From positions 1,582 through 65,581 of the forward strand of contig JAZUHH010000027.1 of NCBI GenBank assembly GCA_045641625.1: a DNA stretch of 64,000 nt, read 5' to 3'. The notes under the pieces are model-generated. The model searched no databases. It had not been told where the DNA came from and saw only the letters and a program-made list of their open reading frames with translations. This document shows positions 25,117 through 34,168 of the stretch, in pieces. Made by a program: the position numbers and the translations under genes. The stretch comes from Paludibacteraceae bacterium. Lineage in GTDB: Bacteria; Bacteroidota; Bacteroidia; Bacteroidales; Paludibacteraceae. The stretch's first letter is position 1. The number at the start of each line of letters is the position of its first letter.

Positions 25117-26253
25117 CTAGAACTCCTCCAGTTCCTCCATGTCCCTCATGATCTTTACCTCCCTGAATCTTTCCATTTCATCCATGCTGTAAATCAGTTC
25201 GAACTTGAAGCCGATGTTTTCATTGTACAGCAAATTAAGTTCGTCATCTATAGTGATTAGGCTAAGTACAAAACCTATATCTTTTCTGGAAAGCCTCCTA
25301 TGGTTGTACCTCTTGATTATCTTAAATTTTGTATAGTAATCATATTCTTCGAAATTGCGCAAGCCTCCGAAATCTTCGTTTCCCAGCTGTCCATTGAGGC
25401 GAAATTCAGCTCCTATTTTTTCTTTGTTGCCCATATTGTCCATTAAATAATAGCCAAGAAGACTTTGTCCCATAGCCTTTTCCAGATAGCCGTCAGTAAG
25501 CTTTGATCCTTTAAAGATTTGGTATTTATATTTGCAGTGTGGGAACTTTATGGTGCTGTATTTTTCCCTTGTTTTGAATATCCTTCCGACATTAAATTTC
25601 GTCAGTTGATTCTTGATGCCGTTTGCATCTTTGGGTACAACATATTTCAATGTATTTTCTATTAGTTCATCAATTTTATCTATGTCTTTATAATCTGGCT
25701 CAAGCCAAACCTCTCCGCTTACTACATAGTTTCCCCCGTTGTCCGACACTTTTGCGTTCAGATTCTTGATTGTGGGCTTGTACACTGTCTTGAGCATTTC
25801 CCCGATCTGAATGGCAAGGTTGTCCTGAACTTTTATTGCATTTTGAGCAAAAATTTTGTTCAGTTTTACCTGTTGGACGATTAGATTGCCATCCAATTCG
25901 CATGAAATCTCGTGCTGGGTAGCCCAAACCTTGAGCGGTTCCAACGACACAGTCGATTCGACAGTCTGTGAATAGAGTCCGTTCTCGTCCTTGACCGGAG
26001 AGCCTATCTCGGTGTATTTCTTTATGCTTCCCGACTTTATCGAGACAAGCTCATCCCTGACAATGCTGTCGTTACTGATGATTGTGCTTTCCGACACAAA
26101 GCAACCGAAGGCTTGTTCTATTGCCGTTTTCAGTGCGTTGGTTGTCGCTTCCTGCGGAGTCCTGCCTGTTCCGACCGTAACAAGCGTAACATTCTTTGAA
26201 TATGTGTTGAAACATATCAGAATGTAAAGGCATAGAAAAATTATTTTCCTCAT
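25117..26253 (-). CDS. Hypothetical secreted/lipoprotein (378 aa), N-terminal LPP20-like segment
   Basis: Signal peptide MRKIIFLCLYILICFNTYS. VTVGTGRTPQEATTNALKTAIEQAFGCFVSE resembles LPP20-type lipoprotein domains (weak recollection). Confidence 0.6.
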   Translation of the reverse strand: MRKIIFLCLYILICFNTYSKNVTLVTVGTGRTPQEATTNALKTAIEQAFGCFVSESTIISNDSIVRDELVSIKSGSIKKYTEIGSPVKDENGLYSQTVESTVSLEPLKVWATQHEISCELDGNLIVQQVKLNKIFAQNAIKVQDNLAIQIGEMLKTVYKPTIKNLNAKVSDNGGNYVVSGEVWLEPDYKDIDKIDELIENTLKYVVPKDANGIKNQLTKFNVGRIFKTREKYSTIKFPHCKYKYQIFKGSKLTDGYLEKAMGQSLLGYYLMDNMGNKEKIGAEFRLNGQLGNEDFGGLRNFEEYDYYTKFKIIKRYNHRRLSRKDIGFVLSLITIDDELNLLYNENIGFKFELIYSMDEMERFREVKIMRDMEELEEF

Positions 26254-26355
26254 GACATTATATATATTAAGTTATCTTTTTGGCAAGAGCAATAAAGAAA
26301 CGATATATGTGTTCTTTATTTTGCTATTTTGCAAAGTGAAAAGTCCATTTATCCC

Positions 26356-26455
26356 AATGTCATATGACATTTGGGCTGAGAAGTTCTCCTCAATAGAAAT
26401 GTCATATGACATTTGGGCTGAGGAGTTCTCCTTAATGAAAATGTCATATGACATT
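26356..26455. repeat. 42-bp tandem repeat (2.4 copies), each unit starting with the 16-bp palindrome AATGTCATATGACATT
   Basis: Palindromes at 26356-26371, 26398-26413 and 26440-26455, exactly 42 bp apart. Units 1 and 2 differ at 4 of 42 positions. Confidence 0.95.
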
Positions 26456-26462
26456 CAGTAAA

Positions 26463-26957
26463 TCATTCGTTCCCCATCTGTTTATTGTCTTCATCTAACG
26501 TCTTGAAATAGACAAACACCCTTTTTGCGTTGTCGTCAGTGAAGCATGAAAGCAGTTCAAGGCTTTTTACATAGCCGACCGAGTATTCATAGTTCTTCTC
26601 TGTGATTTCTGCTTCAGTATTTCCGTCAGCGCGATCAGTTGTGCGGATTACAGTCTCCGAATTTATGGTCGAGCCGTTAAAGAATCTGCCTGCCATGGAC
26701 ATCGCCCTTACTGACGCTATCTTGTTCATCGTGATTTCTCCGCCATTGTTGATGTATTTCTCGGGGTCCAGAACAACAACGGACAACAGGTATCTGCTGT
26801 CATAGTCATCGACAACCTTGACGCCTGAAAATGCGCCGTTGCGATATAGCCTCTCGACAAAGTTCGCGAGGTTTGTCTTGTCCTTGTTAATGATCTGCCC
26901 CGATGCTGACAAAGCGAGCATGGAAGCCGCAAGTGTAAATAGAAATCTTCCTACCAT
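26463..26957 (-). CDS. Hypothetical secreted protein (164 aa)
   Basis: Signal peptide MVGRFLFTLAASMLALSASGQ. Its ATG (26955-26957) overlaps the upstream gene's stop (26951-26953) by 7 nt. Confidence 0.6.
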   Translation of the reverse strand: MVGRFLFTLAASMLALSASGQIINKDKTNLANFVERLYRNGAFSGVKVVDDYDSRYLLSVVVLDPEKYINNGGEITMNKIASVRAMSMAGRFFNGSTINSETVIRTTDRADGNTEAEITEKNYEYSVGYVKSLELLSCFTDDNAKRVFVYFKTLDEDNKQMGNE

Positions 26958-27979
26958 TCCTCTATATAGTTAGTGTTGCAAATTATTTGCGGCTGGTTTT
27001 CGCCGTATGCGCATCCCACATTTTCCGCCGCTTCGATCATTCTGTCCATCAGCATAGCCTCGTTGTCCTCCTCCTTTCTGTACAGGCTCATCATTTCCTT
27101 GTACTGCATCACCATGAAGTCCCAGTTGCGTTGTTCGATTCGCTCCTGTCTTTCGGCTTCCTTTTTCTCGTCCTCTCTCAGTTTCTTGCTCATGCTCTCC
27201 ATCAGAGAGTCGGCGATGATTGAGCATCCGGCCAAAGGATTGACCTTTGAAAGTATGTCTAGAGCCTTCTCTGCGCCGTCATAGTCCTGTCGCACCATCC
27301 ATATCGCGTTCGCCTCCTTGATTAGTTTCCTTCCCTGAATCTCCATGTACTCGTTGTTGATTGCAGCGGCCTTTTCTCTGGATGTACGGTAGCATTCCTC
27401 GCAGATGTCGGGGATTGCGACGAGCTCTGCGATGGCAGCCTCGTATTTTCCTTGTTTCGCAAGGCGGTCTGCATCCATCATGATCGAGTTGCAGTGTGAG
27501 GTGTAGTATTCGGCTATCTTCCTCTTTCCGTTCTCGATGCATCTGCTGAGCGTCTTGTTTGTTACGGAGATTTGGTTGATAGCCTTGATGTATGCCTTGT
27601 TTTCGTTGATTCCGATTCCGATAGCGTCGATGTGTGCGGACTCGAAGACCTTGTTGTCAACAATGTCTCCGATGTAGAATGAGATGCCCAGCTTGACGGA
27701 CACTTTTGCGGGAGAGGTTGCGACAATATCCTTTTCGACGACATTGACCTTTGATGTGAATACGAACCTGTTTGTCAGTCCGTTGTCGGAAAGGCCGTTG
27801 CCGTTTTCAGATACAATTCTGTCAAGCTTGTCCTTGAGTTGCGATGCCGCCTCCTTTGGGATGTCCATCTTTTCGGGAAGTATTGCGCGGATTGACACTT
27901 TTCCTGCGCTGTTGGTTGTGTCTGCGCTGCTGCATACCGCAATGAGCGACATGAGCAAAAGAATGATGTGTTTTTTCAT
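26951..27979 (-). CDS. Hypothetical lipoprotein (342 aa) with helical/TPR-like C-terminal half
   Basis: Lipobox MKKHIILLLMSLIAVCSS and a charged coiled C-terminal region (REDEKKEAERQERIEQ). Confidence 0.6.
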   Translation of the reverse strand: MKKHIILLLMSLIAVCSSADTTNSAGKVSIRAILPEKMDIPKEAASQLKDKLDRIVSENGNGLSDNGLTNRFVFTSKVNVVEKDIVATSPAKVSVKLGISFYIGDIVDNKVFESAHIDAIGIGINENKAYIKAINQISVTNKTLSRCIENGKRKIAEYYTSHCNSIMMDADRLAKQGKYEAAIAELVAIPDICEECYRTSREKAAAINNEYMEIQGRKLIKEANAIWMVRQDYDGAEKALDILSKVNPLAGCSIIADSLMESMSKKLREDEKKEAERQERIEQRNWDFMVMQYKEMMSLYRKEEDNEAMLMDRMIEAAENVGCAYGENQPQIICNTNYIEEW

Positions 27980-27985
27980 ATCCTG

Positions 27986-28948
27986 TTATTTTTCTCCTAG
28001 TACAACAATGGCTTCACCCAATCCTCTGACCAACACTTTGCTTGTGATCTCGAATGGCTGTTTCTGCAGATACTTTCTGAGTTTGGTTGCAAAGGCTCTT
28101 GCGTCCATAGCGTTCCCGTTCTCGTCATACAGAGGAATCCTGACCTGTTCGAACTGCGCGAAGTTTTCAGTTCCGTCGGACAGGTTGAAGCTTGACTTTA
28201 CAGTGTTTTCCCTAAGCCATTTCTGGATGCAGTCGGTCAGTTCCTCTCCGTCGTACTCTGTCTCAAGGTCATTCTCCCAAGAGTCCCACTTCTTGACAGT
28301 CAGTACAATTTCTCTGCCCTTCTTTTCCTGCTCCCTAAAGAAAGCTTCAAGCTGAAAGTTGAAGTCGGAAGTGTATTTGTCTATTGCGTCTTCAAGAAGG
28401 ACAGGGAATCCGTCATTTTGGATTTCTTTGTTTGTAGAGGTTCCGTATGCTGTTGCAATTCTCTTGCTTGTGTAGCTGTCAAATGCCTCAAGAGTGAATG
28501 TTACGCTCTTGTTTCCGTTGGACAGCTTGTTCACTTCCCAGTCTATTTGGAGAATGATGTCTGTCTTTGCTTTCCTCTTAAGTATGTCAAGAGGGCTTTC
28601 TTCCAATGATGAACCGCCCTTGCTCATTGTGGCATTGTCTTCTGCGGTTCTGACGTTGATGTTCTTCAGCTCCTGTTCGCAGTCCTTGACACTATATCCC
28701 AGAGAAGTCATTATTTGACCGAGCTTTGCAATGACACCTCTGATTTCGTAGTCCTGTTGGAAAGCTGTCTGATAGTCTGGCACAACAACCTTTGTCCCCT
28801 GGTTGTTGAAAGTGGTGGTATAGATTCTTTGGCTGCACCAGTGGTCGCTTGGCAGAATCATCAAGGTTGGTTTCTTGCCTTTCTGTGCAAAGCCGCAAAG
28901 GAATGTGCATACCAATGTAAAGATAAGTAATGCTATTTTTCTCATCAT
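27986..28948 (-). CDS. Hypothetical secreted protein (320 aa)
   Basis: Signal peptide MMRKIALLIFTLVCTFLCGFAQ. It is the first gene of a co-directional four-gene cluster, with a 6-nt gap to the next gene. Confidence 0.6.
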   Translation of the reverse strand: MMRKIALLIFTLVCTFLCGFAQKGKKPTLMILPSDHWCSQRIYTTTFNNQGTKVVVPDYQTAFQQDYEIRGVIAKLGQIMTSLGYSVKDCEQELKNINVRTAEDNATMSKGGSSLEESPLDILKRKAKTDIILQIDWEVNKLSNGNKSVTFTLEAFDSYTSKRIATAYGTSTNKEIQNDGFPVLLEDAIDKYTSDFNFQLEAFFREQEKKGREIVLTVKKWDSWENDLETEYDGEELTDCIQKWLRENTVKSSFNLSDGTENFAQFEQVRIPLYDENGNAMDARAFATKLRKYLQKQPFEITSKVLVRGLGEAIVVLGEK

Positions 28949-29021
28949 AGTCTAATATTAAATTTTGTAATTCAGGTGTTCTCCTTTTTCGCCGGTTGAA
29001 AATTGCCGATGCGCATCGAGG

Positions 29022-29029
29022 CAAAAGTA
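29022..29029 (-). promoter_or_regulatory. Bacteroidetes -7 promoter box (TAnnTTTG) for the four-gene secreted-protein cluster
   Basis: The reverse complement of caaaagta is tacttttg, about 74 nt upstream of the start at 28948. Confidence 0.4.
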
Positions 29030-29149
29030 GTTACTATGCAGAGATCTATAATAGTCCTTTTTGGTCCTTATCTTCTGAATGCACGGAGGAAAGTTTAGGT
29101 GTTGCTTTCATATTAGGCAACTTTTCTTGAATATTATATAAAAAGTGTA

Positions 29150-29157
29150 TAAGTTTG
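29150..29157 (+). promoter_or_regulatory. Bacteroidetes -7 promoter box (TAnnTTTG) for sodB
   Basis: taagtttg, 59 nt upstream of the ATG at 29216. Confidence 0.45.
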
Positions 29158-29215
29158 CACCCGTTAGCAAACCATATATCTACATCTTCGATTTTTTTAA
29201 TTAACCTTTTATGAT

Positions 29216-29800
29216 ATGAGTACAAATTTTGTTATGCAGAAGCTTCGTTACAAAGAAGATGCTCTGGCTCCTGTCATCAGCCCAGAAACGATCAGTTTCC
29301 ACTATGGAAAACATTTACAGACCTATGTGAACAACTTGAACAACCTGGTCGCAGGTACAGAGTTCGAGAATGCCTCGCTTGAAGAGATTGCCGCCAAGGC
29401 TCAAGGCGGAATCGGCAACAACGCGGGACAGGTGTTGAACCACACTCTCTATTTCGAGCAGCTCACTCCGAATCCGGAGCGTACTGAACCCCAAGGCAAG
29501 CTATTGGATGCCATTAACCAAAGCTTCGGATCTTTCGCCGAGATGCAGAAGAAGATGAATGCTTCTGCCGCAACTCTGTTCGGTAGCGGCTGGGCATGGC
29601 TCTGTGCTGACGCGAACGGCAAGCTCAGTGTCGAGCAGATGGCCAATGCAGACAATCCTTTGCGACATGGATTGAGCCCCATTCTGACTTTTGATGTCTG
29701 GGAGCATGCCTATTATCTGGACTACCAGAACCGCAGGGCAGACTATCTGACTGCATTGTGGGGCATTATTGACTGGAATGTCATAGAAAGCAGGTACTAA
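29216..29800 (+). CDS. sodB: Fe/Mn superoxide dismutase
   Basis: Motifs FHYGKHLQTYVNNLN, GSGWAWL and DVWEHAYYLDYQNRR. Confidence 0.9.
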   Translation: MSTNFVMQKLRYKEDALAPVISPETISFHYGKHLQTYVNNLNNLVAGTEFENASLEEIAAKAQGGIGNNAGQVLNHTLYFEQLTPNPERTEPQGKLLDAINQSFGSFAEMQKKMNASAATLFGSGWAWLCADANGKLSVEQMANADNPLRHGLSPILTFDVWEHAYYLDYQNRRADYLTALWGIIDWNVIESRY

Positions 29801-29811
29801 AAAGAATAACA

Positions 29812-29848
29812 AACAAAAAAAGGGAGGTTTTCGCCTCCCTTTTTTCGT
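29812..29848. terminator. Bidirectional hairpin terminator between sodB and the CotH gene
   Basis: aaaaaaa-agggagg-ttttc-gcctccct-tttttt. Confidence 0.7.
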
Positions 29849-29860
29849 TTCTGCAATGTC

Positions 29861-32800
29861 TTATTGCTTTACAATCTTAGTCACCTTGTCGTTGACCTTT
29901 AGCAGATATACACCTGCAGGATAATCTCCTCCGAAAGTCATTCCCTCGTATGCCGTTCCGGACTCTATAACCTGTCCAAGCATATCGGAAACGATGTATT
30001 CCCCGTCAGTCCCTATTGTCCATTGCGATGCTGTAGGGTTCGGCCATACCATGTCGGAATCCAAGATGCTGTCGAGTGACGTAATCAAATCCTGAGTGCA
30101 GACAGCTGTTCCGTTTGCCGCTCTAGGGGTTGCAATCTGACTGCCGAGAGTGGCAGTCCGGCAGGCGTTGAAAATCTTTGAGTCGGATGCTCCGTCGGAA
30201 CTTCTTCCGTAAGAGGCATTGCGGTCATGAAGCTGGTATGTCATCTCGTCAATCTTCATCTCTGAATTCAAGTAGGGAACGGCAAGGACAAGCTTTTGCT
30301 GAGTAGCCGCGCTTAGCTTGAAAGCCAAGTGCAACGCTCCGGTCTCCTGCGCCTTGTCAGCCCAGACAATCACTCTGCCATGAGCAGGTATGATTGTTTC
30401 CGAAGAGTTGTATGGGAACTCGGAAACCCTGCCGGTTGTCTCGTTCCTGATTATCATTCCTGCCAAGTCAACATCAAAGTTCTCTGCATTGTAAATCTCG
30501 ATCCAGTCTGGCTTTGATCCATATTCGTCCTCGGTGCTGCCGTTCGATGCGCAGACCTCGTTGATGAACAGTTTAGGAGCCTTGAACTCTGAGTTTGAAG
30601 CAAGGATAACCTCTATGTCAGCACCTTCCCTGGCAACTGTTCCAATGTAGGAGTCGCTGTTGTTGTCTATGGTATTGCCGTTTACAATCCATGACTTAAT
30701 TGTATATCCGTTTGGAATTCTTAGCTCTACCTTTATTCTTTCGCCAATGAACAGGTCACGGTCATAGTCGCTGTTGCTCTGCTCGTTCTTGTTCACCCAG
30801 ATCTTGTAGCCTGGAGCGTTGCCTCCGAAGTTCAGGTGGACTCTGACATTGGCTTTCTCAGCCTCAACATTATAGTAGCTTACAAGCTGTCTCTCGATGA
30901 TTGCAGGGCGCTGTGTGGCAAAAGTTATCATGCTCTCGATACCGCTGTTGTACTGCTGTTCAGAGCCGCCGCCAAGGTTTCTCTGCTGCATCATTGCACA
31001 GGCCTCCTCCTTTGTCAATTGCTTGATCGAGTCGATAACTGTGTTGATTCTAGCCTCGTTGAACTGGTTTTTAAGCAGGTAGGTGTATCGGTCAAGGAAC
31101 TTGTATTTGAAGTCCTCGTTCTGCATGCACGACTTGAACAGGGTGCAATACTTCTGGTCAACCTGGCTCGTTCCGCCTCCCCAGCCGCCGAAGCCACCGC
31201 CTCCCCAGCCACCAAATCCGCCAGGGCCGGCAGGACCTCCGATTCCAGGATTCTGGTTGTTGCTGTTGTCAGTAGCATTTCCTGTAGTAGTGAAAAGAAG
31301 CATGTTGTTGTTCACGCTCGTGTGCTGAGACATTCCGAAATCCACATCAAAGAGAATCCAGCGGAACTTACCTCCATCCTTCTTTCTCCAGAGTTTTGTG
31401 TTGTTGTTTACCCAGTCTGTGTTGGCGATGAACTGCTGGATGATCTGATAGTCGATGTACTCGTCAATGTCCATCATCTGGGACAGCTTGTCATAGAAGT
31501 CTGCGTCAGAGTTGTGCTGCTCTGCGTACCTCTCCATGTCATAGTAAGCCTGGTCCGTTCCTATTTCAGCCACATATTTGCCTTCGTCCTTCATCACACG
31601 AAGGTACTCGATCTCGTCCTCGTCATAGCCGTAGTTTGAGTAGATGTAGTCCTCGTCTGTCCTCTCTCGAAGTCCCATCAAACCCTTGTACTCTCCGTTC
31701 AGGAAGTATGCCACCGGCTGATAGGCCTGATAGTCTATGTTCATTCCCTTGGTAAGCGACTGCATGAATCCGTCTCTCCAGCGAGGGTAAAGGTACCATC
31801 CGTTACCTCCGTTTCTCAGTGCCAGGCTCTTGTACTTTGTGTAGCTTCTGTCGGCAAAGAACTTTGTGTATTGGAACTTGTTGTTGCCGGTTCTCTTGTT
31901 TGCCTTGATCTTGAAGCTCTTTACATCGTGAGAGCGGGAGCATCCTCCAAAGACTCCGACCTCAACCTCCTGGCTGTCAACAACTCTGCCGTCAACAATG
32001 TATTCGAAATTGGCAGGTCTCATCCATTCCTGGTTGTAGTTGGCATTTCCGTTCATGTCGCTTGAACAAGACGAAGGGGCTCCGTTGTTTCCCTTTACGC
32101 ACAGACCAAGCTTGTCCCCATAGAAATGGTCTCTGTCCGAGTTTATGGAAACGATAGGCAGGTTTGATCGTCCGCACGAAGCATAGATAGTCTCAGTGAA
32201 CAGGTATGAGCCTGTAACCACATCGCTATATATGGCATCGTCCTTGAAGGCTCTTGCCCTGACTATAGTTGACTTGTTGATCGCTATAGGTGATTCATAC
32301 AGGGTTCCGTTCTCTGGTGTTGGAATGGCTCCGTCAAGCGTATAGTAAATCTTTGCGCCTGCAGTTGGACATTGGATTTGAACTGTAGCATTGCCTCCGT
32401 TCACGACTCCTGGTTCCGTACCGCTGAATTTGGGAGCAGAAACTCTCTCCTCTATTTTACGGACAGGATTGTTCTCCTTTCCAGGCGAAGGAATCATGTA
32501 GCCTCCATCTGCATACGAGACATGAGGGTACTGCTTGAGGTAGTCAACAGAGATTGTCTGCGAACCATTTGTAAGGGTAAGTTTGCCGGCATCTGATGTC
32601 AGCTTTTCGGGAACGCTTCCGATGTAGATAGGGTTCACGTTTTGCGCAATGTTGCTGTTAGTCTCCTCCTTGCCGAAGAACAGCAGGTTGTATCCCTTCT
32701 TGATAATATGGGATTGTGTAAGGCGCAATGACCATGAGACTTTACCTTCCTTCTCGTTGGTTACAGTCCATCCGTTCAGGTCGATATTCTCGCCATCATT

Positions 32801-32977
32801 ATATATTTCGACGTAACCGTTATAGTCGTATTTGTCGCTGACGATTGTCGATATGTTGCTTGGCATGATCTCTGTGATCCTGACCTCTGCAAGGGAACTT
32901 GCAGCAGTTAGTGCGCATGTGGACACTAAAAGTGATTTGGCCGCCTTGTTCAGTAAACTAATGTTTTTGTATCTCAT
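29861..32977 (-). CDS. CotH-family protein with lamin-tail (LTD) domains and T9SS C-terminal sorting domain (1038 aa)
   Basis: LTD-like VRITEIMPSN..VEIYNDGENIDLNGW, seen again near the C-terminus as LFINEVCASN..IEIYNAENFDVDLAGM. CotH core ALRNGGNGWYLYPRW and NNTKLWRKKDGGKFRWILFDVDFG. C-terminus VWPNPTAS..AGVYLLKVNDKVTKIVKQ. Confidence 0.75.
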   Translation of the reverse strand: MRYKNISLLNKAAKSLLVSTCALTAASSLAEVRITEIMPSNISTIVSDKYDYNGYVEIYNDGENIDLNGWTVTNEKEGKVSWSLRLTQSHIIKKGYNLLFFGKEETNSNIAQNVNPIYIGSVPEKLTSDAGKLTLTNGSQTISVDYLKQYPHVSYADGGYMIPSPGKENNPVRKIEERVSAPKFSGTEPGVVNGGNATVQIQCPTAGAKIYYTLDGAIPTPENGTLYESPIAINKSTIVRARAFKDDAIYSDVVTGSYLFTETIYASCGRSNLPIVSINSDRDHFYGDKLGLCVKGNNGAPSSCSSDMNGNANYNQEWMRPANFEYIVDGRVVDSQEVEVGVFGGCSRSHDVKSFKIKANKRTGNNKFQYTKFFADRSYTKYKSLALRNGGNGWYLYPRWRDGFMQSLTKGMNIDYQAYQPVAYFLNGEYKGLMGLRERTDEDYIYSNYGYDEDEIEYLRVMKDEGKYVAEIGTDQAYYDMERYAEQHNSDADFYDKLSQMMDIDEYIDYQIIQQFIANTDWVNNNTKLWRKKDGGKFRWILFDVDFGMSQHTSVNNNMLLFTTTGNATDNSNNQNPGIGGPAGPGGFGGWGGGGFGGWGGGTSQVDQKYCTLFKSCMQNEDFKYKFLDRYTYLLKNQFNEARINTVIDSIKQLTKEEACAMMQQRNLGGGSEQQYNSGIESMITFATQRPAIIERQLVSYYNVEAEKANVRVHLNFGGNAPGYKIWVNKNEQSNSDYDRDLFIGERIKVELRIPNGYTIKSWIVNGNTIDNNSDSYIGTVAREGADIEVILASNSEFKAPKLFINEVCASNGSTEDEYGSKPDWIEIYNAENFDVDLAGMIIRNETTGRVSEFPYNSSETIIPAHGRVIVWADKAQETGALHLAFKLSAATQQKLVLAVPYLNSEMKIDEMTYQLHDRNASYGRSSDGASDSKIFNACRTATLGSQIATPRAANGTAVCTQDLITSLDSILDSDMVWPNPTASQWTIGTDGEYIVSDMLGQVIESGTAYEGMTFGGDYPAGVYLLKVNDKVTKIVKQ

Positions 32978-33041
32978 AAAACTATGGTGTTAGATTCCGT
33001 TAGGTTCATTTTCAAATAAATTCCTTCGAATTGAAGTAAGG

Positions 33042-33049
33042 CAAATATA
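33042..33049 (-). promoter_or_regulatory. Bacteroidetes -7 promoter box (TAnnTTTG) for the CotH gene
   Basis: The reverse complement of caaatata is tatatttg, about 65 nt upstream of the start at 32977. Confidence 0.4.
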
Positions 33050-33147
33050 GCACTAAATAATTATTGTCAGAATGTCAAAAATGAAAAAAATGATGCGATT
33101 CTGACAAATAGATATTGTAGAACATGTTTTGTGTCCTGTTTATGCAA

Positions 33148-33185
33148 GAAAAAAGGACGAAGCACTTTTCAAATGCTCCGTCCTG
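33148..33185 (-). terminator. Rho-independent terminator of the SIMPL-like gene
   Basis: Minus strand reads aggacggagca-tttgaaaag-tgcttcgtcct followed by tttttt. Confidence 0.6.
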
Positions 33186-33225
33186 ATAGTTTTAGGGATT
33201 GCTCCTACTTTTTTGGAGATTGCGC

Positions 33226-33957
33226 CTAATCCTTGATGATATATACGGCGTGAACAGTCACACTGACTTTCTTCTCGATGTCGTGCTCGTTCCAATCGTT
33301 TCCGTTTGTGTCAGTGATTCGGAACTGACCTACGTCAATGCGCTTGATGGCTCTGAATCCGTCGGAGAATCCGTGGATAAGCTTTGTCGCACGAACCTTG
33401 GCATTCTCTGTCGCAACATCTATAAGCTCAAGCTTCAAAGGCTCTATTATCGAGTCTGTGATTGTGTAGATCGGATTTGATACAGAGACGTCAATTCCCT
33501 TTGCGATAAGGTTTGTGATGTCAGCAGACACGTCGTGCATCTTATATACGCGGTCGCTTGTGACAGTAATTTTTTGGGAAACTTTAGTTCCGATTCTGCG
33601 CTGGCCTACGTAGTCGCCCGACTGCGAGTATATGCTCTCGAAAATTCCGTCGGAGTTCAATTCTCCCCACTTGTAGTCGTTGAATCCGTTGTCCTTCAAG
33701 TAGTTCTCGACAGCCTTTTTCTTCTCAGGAAGCTTCTCGAATCCTTCCTCTCTGGTTCCGGCATTGACGCTGACATTGACAGAGAATACTCCGTGGTCAG
33801 CCACCATGTTCTTGATTCCGTAGCCTGTTACTGTCGCTGTGTGTTCGCCTGCTCCGGAGCTTCTTACCGCAGCGGCAAGGTTAAGTGCATGAGCCATAAT
33901 GGCAACACCGATTATGAAGCATACGCCCAAAATGATCAATCCTGCATTTGATTTCAT
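33226..33957 (-). CDS. SIMPL (DUF541)-like periplasmic protein
   Basis: N-terminal TM/signal anchor, then TVTGYGIKNMVADHGVFSVNVSV. The length and pattern are consistent with SIMPL-family proteins, but this is a moderate recollection only. Confidence 0.5.
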   Translation of the reverse strand: MKSNAGLIILGVCFIIGVAIMAHALNLAAAVRSSGAGEHTATVTGYGIKNMVADHGVFSVNVSVNAGTREEGFEKLPEKKKAVENYLKDNGFNDYKWGELNSDGIFESIYSQSGDYVGQRRIGTKVSQKITVTSDRVYKMHDVSADITNLIAKGIDVSVSNPIYTITDSIIEPLKLELIDVATENAKVRATKLIHGFSDGFRAIKRIDVGQFRITDTNGNDWNEHDIEKKVSVTVHAVYIIKD

Positions 33958-34168
33958 AGTCCTATATTTTTTAATGAATTAGAATGTAGTGCGAAATTAT
34001 AAAAAATTTTGATTTGGTGTTTCGTTTGTTGTTAAAATTCGAGTAATTGTTTAAAAAGCAACATGGTGTAGCTGTCCTTGGACTCACTTTTGTGCCGTCG
34101 ATTTTGACAATTCAAAAAAAATATGTAACTTGCCCCGCATTAACATAAAATTAAGCAATACAATAAAT

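Noticed and set aside
26252-26461. Track ORFs 26252..26461(+) and 26272..26454(-), which encode repeated 'MSYDI' peptides.
   Set aside because: They are mirror-image artefacts of the palindromic 42-bp tandem repeat. ATGTCATATGACAT reads as M-S-Y-D-I on both strands.
30836-31639. 267-aa plus-strand ORF, plus the nearby ORFs at 31015..31278(-) and 31083..31328(+).
   Set aside because: They lie inside the CotH CDS, either antisense to it or in a different frame, and are driven partly by the GC-rich Gly-codon repeat.
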